A stretch of 64,000 bases of DNA, taken from the NCBI RefSeq assembly GCF_040217515.1, contig NZ_JAVJPT010000005.1:30576-94575 (forward strand). The letters are read 5' to 3'. This document shows, piece after piece, positions 56,832-64,000 of this stretch (its first letter is position 1; each line of letters opens with the position of its first letter). Position numbers and translations under genes: made by a program. The stretch is from Erythrobacter sp. Lineage in GTDB: Bacteria > Pseudomonadota > Alphaproteobacteria > Sphingomonadales > Sphingomonadaceae. Below the pieces are notes generated by a model that made no database searches, was not told where the DNA came from, and saw nothing but the letters and a program-made list of their open reading frames with translations.

Positions 56832-57782
56832 ATGGAAACGAAATACGGGAGCCGCCGCAAGTCCTCGCCCACCAGGAGCATCCTGCTGGGCGCGCTAGCG
56901 GCCTTCATTCTTGGCGCGCTGCTGTCGGGTTATGTCGTTTGGTACAATGTTGAAACCGCGCGGGAACGGATCGAGCGTGCGACCAGCGTCCCGCCCGAAC
57001 CGGTCGAACAAGGTGGCGGCGAAGTTTCCTCGAGTCCGTTGCCAGCCGTCTCGCTCTCACCCAGTCCGAGCCCGCTTGCCGAGGCGATAGAGAGCGAGGA
57101 TGCCGAGCGCGCGGTCGAGGCGGTAACCCGCGTCGCCGAGCAGCAGGGCGGGATCGAACAGCGCCTCGCTGCCGCCGAGCAACGCCTCACCCGGCTCGAC
57201 CTTCAGGCGCAGGCGGCGGCCGGCAACGCTGCCCGGGCCGAGGCGCTGCTGATCGCCTTCGCGACTCGACGCCTGGTCGAGCGCGGCGATGAACTTGGCT
57301 ATCTTGCCGACCAGCTGCGGCTGCGTTTCGGCGACGATCGTCCCAATGCCGTCAACACGATCATCACCTTCTCGCGCCGCGAGCAGCCGATCCGCCTTGA
57401 CACGCTGATCGCCCGGCTCGACGGGCTGGGACCGCAATTGCGCAACAGCGCCGAGGGTCCGTCTTGGGAGCGGTTCCGGCGCGAATTGGCCCAGCTTTTC
57501 GTGATCCGCCGCGAAAGCACGCCTTCGCCCCAGCCCTTGCGGCGGCTCGAACGGGCGCGCTGGGCGCTCGAACAGGGGCGCATCGACAGCGCGATCGAGG
57601 AAGTGCGGGGCATGCCCGGGGCAGCCGGCGCCGAGGCGTGGATCCAGGATGCAGGGCGTTATCGTGACGTCATGATCGCCTTGGAAAACATCGAAAGCGC
57701 GGCGGTGCTGGACCAGCGTGGCCTTCGCGACCGCGAAGGCAATGGGGTCAACGAGCCGGGTCCGATTGGTGGAAGCGAATAG
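56832..57782 (+). CDS. Mitofilin/Mic60-like membrane protein (alphaproteobacterial hemX-position gene)
   Basis: N-terminal TM (ILLGALAAFILGALLSGYVVW), a coiled coil and a conserved C-terminal domain. Sits immediately downstream of hemC-hemD, as described for alphaproteobacterial Mic60 homologs. Confidence 0.65.
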   Translation: METKYGSRRKSSPTRSILLGALAAFILGALLSGYVVWYNVETARERIERATSVPPEPVEQGGGEVSSSPLPAVSLSPSPSPLAEAIESEDAERAVEAVTRVAEQQGGIEQRLAAAEQRLTRLDLQAQAAAGNAARAEALLIAFATRRLVERGDELGYLADQLRLRFGDDRPNAVNTIITFSRREQPIRLDTLIARLDGLGPQLRNSAEGPSWERFRRELAQLFVIRRESTPSPQPLRRLERARWALEQGRIDSAIEEVRGMPGAAGAEAWIQDAGRYRDVMIALENIESAAVLDQRGLRDREGNGVNEPGPIGGSE

Positions 57783-57794
57783 GCTCGCTTCCCG

Positions 57795-59018
57795 CTAGGC
57801 GCGCAAGAGTTGGGGAAGATCCCCCGAAACGCCGCGCGCTTCGTCCATGAAAAAGGTCTTCAGCGCCGGTGTGCGCTGGACGGCCGACATGCCGAGCCGA
57901 CGCACAGCCGAGGCGGCAGCACCCGGCACTCCGAATAGCCTGGTGAGCCCATCGGTGGCGAGAGCGACCATGAAACTGTCGAGCCCGCGCCAATTCTCAT
58001 AGCGCTTGAGCAATTGCGCATCGCCCGGATCGAGCCCGATCGCCGCGCCGTCCGCGAGCACTTCGACCAGCGCGCCGACATCGCGCAGGCCGAGATTCAG
58101 ACCCTGGCCCGCGATCGGGTGAATCCCGTGCGCCGCATCCCCGACCAGCGCGAGCCGCTCGTCCGTGATCTTGGCCGTATGGTGGAAGCCCAGCGGCCAG
58201 CTCGACCGTGCGCCCACCGAAAGAACCTTGCCGAGCACACCGCCCATGCGCTTCTCCACCTCGGCAAGGAAGGCGCGGTCGCCGAGCTTCATCACGCCCC
58301 GGCCGTCCTCCTCCGATACGGTCCACACCAGCGATGAGCGATGCGTGCCGTCGGCATCGTCCTGCATCGGCAGAAGCGCAAAGGGACCGGCGGGGTAGAA
58401 GATCTCCCAGGCCACATTGTCATGCGGCCTTTCGTGGGTGAGCCCGGCGATGATCGCGCGGTGATGATAGTCCCACTTGGCGATCGTGATGCCCGCCTGT
58501 TCGCGGGTCGGTGAACCGCGGCCTTCGGCGGCCACCAGCAAGCGACCCTTCATGATGCGACCGTCGGTCAGGACGGCGGCGACACCGAATGCGTCGCGCT
58601 GCCGATCCGTCACTTCGGCCTTGGCGACCCAGTTGATCAGCGGTTCGGCGGCTGCCGCTTCGAACAGGGCGAGACGCAGGCGGCGATTGGGGAACATACG
58701 GCCCAGAGTGCCTTCATGGGGCTCGGGCTGGAAATCGAGCCGTCCCGGCCGATTCTGGTCGGTCACCGCTATCGAGGAGATGTCGCAGGCGAATTGCTCC
58801 AAGCCTTCGGCAATGCCGATATTCTCGAACAGATGCCAGCTCGCGGTCGAGATTGCGGTCGCCCGGTCGTCGAAGCCCTCGGCGGTGAGTTCAGCCGGAT
58901 CGGCGCGGTCGACGACATGGCTTGACATGCCTTTCTTTGCTGCGGCGAGCGCCAGCGTCATCCCGACAAGGCCCCCGCCGAGGATCAGAAGGTCGCGGGT
59001 TTCGTCGTCTGCGCTCAT
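57795..59018 (-). CDS. UbiH/UbiF/VisC/COQ6-family FAD-dependent hydroxylase
   Basis: DLLILGGGLVGMTLALA FAD fold and LVGDAAHGIHPIAGQGLNLGLRD motif. Start at the ATG at 59018. Confidence 0.9.
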   Translation of the reverse strand: MSADDETRDLLILGGGLVGMTLALAAAKKGMSSHVVDRADPAELTAEGFDDRATAISTASWHLFENIGIAEGLEQFACDISSIAVTDQNRPGRLDFQPEPHEGTLGRMFPNRRLRLALFEAAAAEPLINWVAKAEVTDRQRDAFGVAAVLTDGRIMKGRLLVAAEGRGSPTREQAGITIAKWDYHHRAIIAGLTHERPHDNVAWEIFYPAGPFALLPMQDDADGTHRSSLVWTVSEEDGRGVMKLGDRAFLAEVEKRMGGVLGKVLSVGARSSWPLGFHHTAKITDERLALVGDAAHGIHPIAGQGLNLGLRDVGALVEVLADGAAIGLDPGDAQLLKRYENWRGLDSFMVALATDGLTRLFGVPGAAASAVRRLGMSAVQRTPALKTFFMDEARGVSGDLPQLLRA

Positions 59019-59132
59019 CTCTTGCTCACCTGCAATCCGGTTCGGGTTCGGCCATTTGTCTTTGCGACGCAGGCATCCTATCTGGCCCGCACACGCCCCT
59101 CGTTTAGGGGTTTCAGGCGCATTGAGGCAAGA

Positions 59133-61253
59133 TTGTTCGCTGCACCCCGTATTGCCGCTGCTGCATGGCTGAAGGCGCTCGCCGCGCTGTCGCTCGCCCT
59201 GTGCGCGGTGGTGGCGGCGGCGCAGGAGGAGCCTCTGGCCGAGCCGCGCTTTGGCGATGAGAACATCGCGGTCGACCTCTTCGCCGAGGGCGCGCCCGAG
59301 CCGGGCGAGGAATGGATGCTGGCGCTGCGCTTCACCCCCAGCGCGCCCGAGTGGCACGGCTACTGGCGCAATCCGGGCGATGCGGGGCAGGGGATGACGC
59401 TGGAGTTCGACCTGCCCCAGGGCTGGGAAGCTAGCGAGCCGCTCTATCCCGTGCCCGAGACGCTGGTGGTCGGCGGGCTGATGAACCACATCTACGAAGG
59501 GCGCTATGCCGTGCTCGTCCCGGTGCGCGTGCCCGAGGATGCCGCGGCCCCCCGACTGCCCGAGGTCCGGGTGCGGGTCGAATACCTTGCCTGCACCGAC
59601 CGGGTCTGCGTGCCTCAGGACGCGGGTGTCACGGCGCGCCCCGGCGGCGATTTCGCGCGCTGGCGGGCTGAGGTCGCGCCGTTGCTCGACGCGCGGGCGC
59701 GCTTCGAGGTCGCGGGCGAGACGCTGCGCCTCGCGATTCCACTGCCCGCCTCGGTCGACCTGCCCGGGCCGCACGTCTTCATCGACAATGAACGCCTCGT
59801 CGACTACGCCGCGCCGCAGGTCTTCCGCCGCAAGGGCGACCTGCTGACCGCCGAAATCCCGCTTGACCAATACCGCGACGGCGATCCCCGAAGCGTCTCC
59901 GGCATAATCGCATTCGGCGGCGGTGCGGGTGTCCGTTTCGAGGCCGATCCGGGCGCGGTCCCGGTGGGCGGCGAAGTGATTGCCGGACCTGCCGCAGCCG
60001 CGACCCCGCCCCTCTGGACGCTCGCGCTCGGCGCGCTGGTCGGCGGGCTCATCCTCAACATCATGCCCTGTGTCTTTCCGATCCTCAGTCTCAAGGCGCT
60101 GAACCTAGCCCGTGCGGGCGAGAGCGAAACGGCGGCTCGGATCGAGGGAGTGGCCTATACAGCGGGAGTCGTGCTCGCCTGCGTCGGTCTGGGGGCGATC
60201 ATGCTCGCCCTGCGCGCGGCGGGGGAGCAGGTCGGCTGGGCCTTTCAGTTGCAGGAGCCGGGCGTGGTCGTCGCGCTGCTGCTCCTCGCGAGCATCATCA
60301 CGGCCAATTTCGCCGGCGTCTTCGAACTGCCGAGCATTTCCACAGGGCACGGCGCGCGGCGTGGCGCGGGCGGGGCTTTCGCGACCGGTCTCCTCGCCGC
60401 CTTCGCCGCGACACCCTGCACCGGGCCGTTCATGGCGGCGGCATTGGGCGCTGCGCTGCTGCTGCCCGCACCGCTCGCACTGCTGCTCTTCGCCATGCTG
60501 GGGCTCGGCCTGGCGCTCCCTTTCCTCCTGCTCGGCTTCATCCCCGCTTTGCGCCGCCGCCTGCCAAAGCCGGGTGCATGGATGGAGCGCTTTCGCCGGA
60601 TCATGGCAATCCCGATGGGCCTGACTGCGCTCGCGCTGGTGTGGCTGACGGTGCAACTGGGCGGGCGCGGGTTCGGCCTGTTCGCGCTCGTGACCGTTTT
60701 CGGTGTCGTGCTTGCCTTGTGGATCGTGGGCCGCTTGCAGCAGGCGGGCAAGATGGCCTGGCCCGCTTTCGGACTAGTCGCTTCGCCCTTCCTCGTCTTC
60801 GGTGCCTTCGCGCTTCCGGCGGGCTACGAGCCGCGCGGTGATCGCATGGCCGAAAGCCTGCTCGACCCTGTACCCTTCTCGCGCGCTGCCCTGGCCGAGG
60901 CGCGCGCCACGGACAGGCCGGTCTTCGTTTGGTTCACCGCCGACTGGTGCGTCACCTGCAAGGTCAACGAAAGCGTGGCGATCGAGCGCGAGGCGACGAA
61001 GGAGGCTTTCGAGACAGCGGGAGTGGTGCCCATTGTCGGCGACTGGACCGTGCGCGATGAGGCGATCACGCGGTTCCTATCCGAGCGCGGCGCAGCGGGC
61101 GTGCCGCTCTACCTGTGGTACGAGCCGGGTTCTTCCGAGCCGGAAAAATTGCCACAGGTTCTCGGTCCCGACAGCCTCGTCGAGCGCGCGGCGATTAGCC
61201 GACAATCGAGCGACATCGCTCGATCAGTTCCATTGGCAGTGGGCTCGGATTGA
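59133..61253 (+). CDS. DsbD/ScsB-family protein-disulfide reductase
   Basis: Signal peptide after the TTG at 59133 (GAGG Shine-Dalgarno). TM core with PCVFP and PCTGP Cys motifs. C-terminal thioredoxin WCVTC. Confidence 0.85.
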   Translation: MFAAPRIAAAAWLKALAALSLALCAVVAAAQEEPLAEPRFGDENIAVDLFAEGAPEPGEEWMLALRFTPSAPEWHGYWRNPGDAGQGMTLEFDLPQGWEASEPLYPVPETLVVGGLMNHIYEGRYAVLVPVRVPEDAAAPRLPEVRVRVEYLACTDRVCVPQDAGVTARPGGDFARWRAEVAPLLDARARFEVAGETLRLAIPLPASVDLPGPHVFIDNERLVDYAAPQVFRRKGDLLTAEIPLDQYRDGDPRSVSGIIAFGGGAGVRFEADPGAVPVGGEVIAGPAAAATPPLWTLALGALVGGLILNIMPCVFPILSLKALNLARAGESETAARIEGVAYTAGVVLACVGLGAIMLALRAAGEQVGWAFQLQEPGVVVALLLLASIITANFAGVFELPSISTGHGARRGAGGAFATGLLAAFAATPCTGPFMAAALGAALLLPAPLALLLFAMLGLGLALPFLLLGFIPALRRRLPKPGAWMERFRRIMAIPMGLTALALVWLTVQLGGRGFGLFALVTVFGVVLALWIVGRLQQAGKMAWPAFGLVASPFLVFGAFALPAGYEPRGDRMAESLLDPVPFSRAALAEARATDRPVFVWFTADWCVTCKVNESVAIEREATKEAFETAGVVPIVGDWTVRDEAITRFLSERGAAGVPLYLWYEPGSSEPEKLPQVLGPDSLVERAAISRQSSDIARSVPLAVGSD

Positions 61254-61716
61254 TTTCAACCGTGCCAGCGCCGGGCAATGTCGCGATCAGGCGCCGCGGG
61301 CCGGCAAGCGGTTCCCATTCCTCGCTTTTCGCGTCATGCGTGCCCTGCCAGATGTGGCGCTTTCCGACCTCGACCGCATCGACCGGAAGCCGTCCGGCAT
61401 GGCCGTTACCGACCAGCGCCAGCATTGCCTGGGCCCCTTCGTCGGCCAGGCTGAAACGGCTGACAGAGAGCGTGCCCCGCTCCGTATCGCAGGCGAGGGA
61501 GATCAGCGCAGCTTCGCCCGGAACGCCGTAGACAATCCGCTTCTGTGCCCTCGCACTGTTCGCCCAAAGCGCCCCCTCGGTTCCGGGAGAAGGCAGCGGC
61601 CTGGAGGCAAAGGCGGGCTCCACCTCTGGCACCGCCCGCGTCAGCGTCTCGTCGGTCGGCGGCGGTTTGCAGGCGACAAGTGCCGCCACCAGGCAGAGAG
61701 CAAAAGCGACCTTCAT
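61195..61716 (-). CDS. Hypothetical lipoprotein
   Basis: Lipobox LVAC in MKVAFALCLVAALVAC. ATGA translational coupling with the upstream S10 peptidase gene. Confidence 0.65.
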   Translation of the reverse strand: MKVAFALCLVAALVACKPPPTDETLTRAVPEVEPAFASRPLPSPGTEGALWANSARAQKRIVYGVPGEAALISLACDTERGTLSVSRFSLADEGAQAMLALVGNGHAGRLPVDAVEVGKRHIWQGTHDAKSEEWEPLAGPRRLIATLPGAGTVEINPSPLPMELIERCRSIVG

Positions 61717-63227
61717 CGTGCACGGATGAAGGCGCGCAGGTCCTGCGACAGCTTGCCGCGATCTTCGTTGCGCACATACATCATGTGGCCAGCATCGTAA
61801 TATCGAAAGGTCAGCCTATCCTGCGGGATACCGGGGCGTCCGAGCGAATATTCCGCACCGAAGAAGGGCGTTGCGAAATCGTACCAGCCTTGTGCGTTGA
61901 ACAGGCGCAATTCGCTGTTCTGGCGCATCGCCCGGCCGATAAAGGGGGCGACATTGAGATAGGCGTTGCGGCCCTGGCCAGCGAGGTTCCAGTCCCACTG
62001 ACGCCCCGGATCGCGGCCGATCGAATTGTATTGCCGGTCTGTCTCGAAACCGAGCGTTTCGCGCGCCCAGGCATTGATCGCGGCGGTGTACCCACCATCG
62101 ATCCCGTAAAAGCTCGGGTCGTTATCGGGATATTCGCCGGCATTATCGTAATCCTCGCCCGTGTAGCGCGCATCGAGCCGGCCTATGGTGAGCCCGCGGT
62201 CGCGCAGCAGCTCCTTGTAAAAACGCTGGCTTGTCACGCGCAGGTTCGCCTGTTCGAGATATTCTTCCGAAAGCCCTGTCAGACGCGACAGTTCGGCCCG
62301 GACCGCGGCACGCTCGGCCTGCGGCAGGTCCTGCCCCTTGAGCAGGGCAGTGGCGTAGGGCCCGATGGCGAATGCCCTCGCTTCTTCGGCGATTGCCTCG
62401 ACCGATTCAGCCTCGGCCTTGCCGTGGTAATAGGCCGCCGTCGCCATGTTTGGCAGGGTGACGAGATAGGCCATCTCGTTGCCCGGCGTCGGCTCGCGCA
62501 TGGCGAAATCGAGGATGGTGGAAATCAGGATCAGGCCGTTCAAACCGACATCGTTGTAGGTCCCGCCTTCGAGTTCATCGACCACCATGGCGGTGCGGGT
62601 CGTGCCGTAGCTTTCGCCGCCGAGATATTTGGGGCTGTTCCAGCGGCCATTGTCATTGATCCAGCGGCGGATCACCTCGGCCACGGCGCGCGCGTCCTGC
62701 CTCAGACCGTAATACTTTTCGGGGTCCGTGCCCTTGGTGAGATAGGAAAAGCCGGTGCCCGGCGGGTCGATGAAGACGAGGTCGGCGACGTCGAGCAGGC
62801 TGTCGGGGTTGTCGACAATCGGATAGGGCGGTGCGCCATCATCGCGCGCGTCCGAAGGGATCGCGACACGCTTCGGCCCGAACGCTCCCATCTGCAGCCA
62901 GACCGAACCCGAACCCGGCCCGCCATTGTAGAGGAAGAACACCGGGCGCGAGGGGTCCGCCGGGTCCTTCACATAGGAGGTGGTGACGATCACCGCTTCG
63001 GGCTTGCCTTCGTCCGATTTGAGGACCGTCTCTCGAATCGTCGCGGTGTAGTCGATCCGCTGCCCGCCGAAAGTGCCCGACAGCTTGCGCGTCTTGACCT
63101 GCGGGTCGATCTGGACGGGGTCGGATTTGGCGCTGCCTTTGTCCTGCGCGGCGAGGGGAGCGGCCATGGGAGCGGAAAGCGCGATAAGCGAGGCGGCGGC
63201 GAGCGCGCCGATCAGTCTGGTGGTCAT
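61713..63227 (-). CDS. Secreted S10-family serine carboxypeptidase
   Basis: Signal peptide. FFLYNGGPGSGS, the GESYGTTR nucleophile motif, and a C-terminal AGHMMY His. Confidence 0.88.
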   Translation of the reverse strand: MTTRLIGALAAASLIALSAPMAAPLAAQDKGSAKSDPVQIDPQVKTRKLSGTFGGQRIDYTATIRETVLKSDEGKPEAVIVTTSYVKDPADPSRPVFFLYNGGPGSGSVWLQMGAFGPKRVAIPSDARDDGAPPYPIVDNPDSLLDVADLVFIDPPGTGFSYLTKGTDPEKYYGLRQDARAVAEVIRRWINDNGRWNSPKYLGGESYGTTRTAMVVDELEGGTYNDVGLNGLILISTILDFAMREPTPGNEMAYLVTLPNMATAAYYHGKAEAESVEAIAEEARAFAIGPYATALLKGQDLPQAERAAVRAELSRLTGLSEEYLEQANLRVTSQRFYKELLRDRGLTIGRLDARYTGEDYDNAGEYPDNDPSFYGIDGGYTAAINAWARETLGFETDRQYNSIGRDPGRQWDWNLAGQGRNAYLNVAPFIGRAMRQNSELRLFNAQGWYDFATPFFGAEYSLGRPGIPQDRLTFRYYDAGHMMYVRNEDRGKLSQDLRAFIRAR

Positions 63228-63260
63228 GGGGCGGGGAGTGGCAGGAAAATTGATGCAGGG

Positions 63261-63581
63261 TCAAGCCGCGCGAGGCGTGATCCTGTCGAGTTCGCCATTG
63301 AGGGCGCGCTTGGCTGTGCGCAGTTCGGCGCTGGTCTGAAGACGCAGGAAAAACCCTTCGGACGTGCGGAAATAGCGCGAGAGGCGCAGGTCCATTTCGC
63401 CGTCGATCCGCGTCTCGCCGTCGATCATGGCCTGCAGGCGCGCAGGTTCGACCGCGATGGCATCGGCCAAAGCGGTGGTATCGAGCTCCAGTGGCTCCAT
63501 GAACTCTGAGAGCAGCACTTCGCCCGCATCGGGTATGGGCAGCCAGTCCGGGCTAGTCGTAGTGGTTTGTGATCTCGACAT
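63261..63581 (-). CDS. higA: HigA-family antitoxin (XRE-type HTH)
   Basis: PIPDAGEVLLSEFMEPLELDTTALADAIAVEPARLQAMIDGETRIDGEMDLRLSRYFRTSEGFFLRLQ matches the HigA pattern (P.HPGE.L.E.FL.P...). Lies downstream of higB. Confidence 0.85.
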   Translation of the reverse strand: MSRSQTTTTSPDWLPIPDAGEVLLSEFMEPLELDTTALADAIAVEPARLQAMIDGETRIDGEMDLRLSRYFRTSEGFFLRLQTSAELRTAKRALNGELDRITPRAA

Positions 63582-63837
63582 CGTAGGCGTTTCCGTCGCT
63601 CCAGACGAAACATATACGCCATTTCATATTAATTGAAACCGAATGCTGCCCCGCGCGGTCGTTCCTGAGGTCATGCAGGCGATTGCTGGGAGGATGTTTC
63701 AGGTCGTCGAGTGTCTCTGCGGCATCGATCATGGCAAGCTTTGTGATTGCGCGTGACTGAATATCAGCAGGCAACTTGCGGCTCCGCCGACCGGACCAGA
63801 TGCTTTCGGTTTCCTTGTCGGCGAAGGTAATGATCAT
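63553..63837 (-). CDS. higB: HigB-family toxin (RelE/ParE superfamily, 'plasmid maintenance system killer')
   Basis: 94 aa. IQSRAITKLAMIDAAETLDDL...NRLHDLRNDRAGQHSVSINMKWRICF is the typical HigB pattern. Overlaps higA by 29 nt. Confidence 0.85.
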   Translation of the reverse strand: MIITFADKETESIWSGRRSRKLPADIQSRAITKLAMIDAAETLDDLKHPPSNRLHDLRNDRAGQHSVSINMKWRICFVWSDGNAYDVEITNHYD

Positions 63838-63928
63838 GGCTGCCTCACGGTGGTGTCCGGCGAATCGCTAGCAGATGCGATGCCGGATCATCCAACCCTG
63901 GGCTGCGGACGTCGTCCGCTTCGTTGTC

Positions 63929-64000
63929 TCAAGGCTTCCCACCCATGCGTTTCGCCCTGATCTTGCCGTAGCGCGTCTTCCTCGTCCCCGGCTTGCCCTC
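63929..64000 (-). CDS. 3' end of an unidentified gene (partial, basic C-terminus)
   Basis: The minus-strand frame reads ...EGKPGTRKTRYGKIRAKRMGGKP then a stop at 63931..63929. Too short to identify. Confidence 0.25.
   Translation of the reverse strand, partial: EGKPGTRKTRYGKIRAKRMGGKP

Overview
High-GC chromosomal segment. Gene content (GcrA, hemC-hemD-Mic60 synteny, many TonB-dependent functions) indicates an alphaproteobacterium, probably Sphingomonadales-like; the order is inferred only. No rRNA, CRISPR array, transposase or integrase was recognised. Most of the window is housekeeping: a sigma-54/PspF-controlled phage-shock operon (1-3.5 kb), the rimP-nusA-ylxR-infB-rbfA and truB-rpsO-pnp translation/RNA clusters (4.9-19.5 kb), gcrA, one tRNA-Ser(CGA), a central-metabolism block (lactate 2-monooxygenase, aldehyde dehydrogenase, alanine dehydrogenase, frmAB, FAH/maiA, gcdH; 38.8-47.9 kb), and gpsA-tsaD / hemCD-Mic60-like / ubiH-like / dsbD-like genes (52.9-61.3 kb). 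Three regions look accessory. (a) Immediately 3' of tRNA-Ser lies a codon-usage-atypical orphan type I secretion pair (ABC + HlyD), with no substrate or outer-membrane partner and a 927-bp ORF-poor gap. (b) Next to it is a cluster whose products all carry export signals: a giant TonB-dependent receptor, an M14 carboxypeptidase, a PAL-like (peptidyl-alpha-hydroxyglycine lyase-like) beta-propeller, and a twin-arginine-signal PLP aminotransferase, together with a TauE-type exporter. I consider this the best candidate for an undescribed periplasmic peptide-processing pathway. (c) A lower-GC higBA toxin-antitoxin pair sits at the right edge. The psp operon also shows unusual architecture: a leading 63-aa ORF, a stop-free in-frame extension on pspA, and a second PspB-like gene. 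All calls rest on reading the supplied translations and DNA by eye, with no database search. Start codons are the least certain part.
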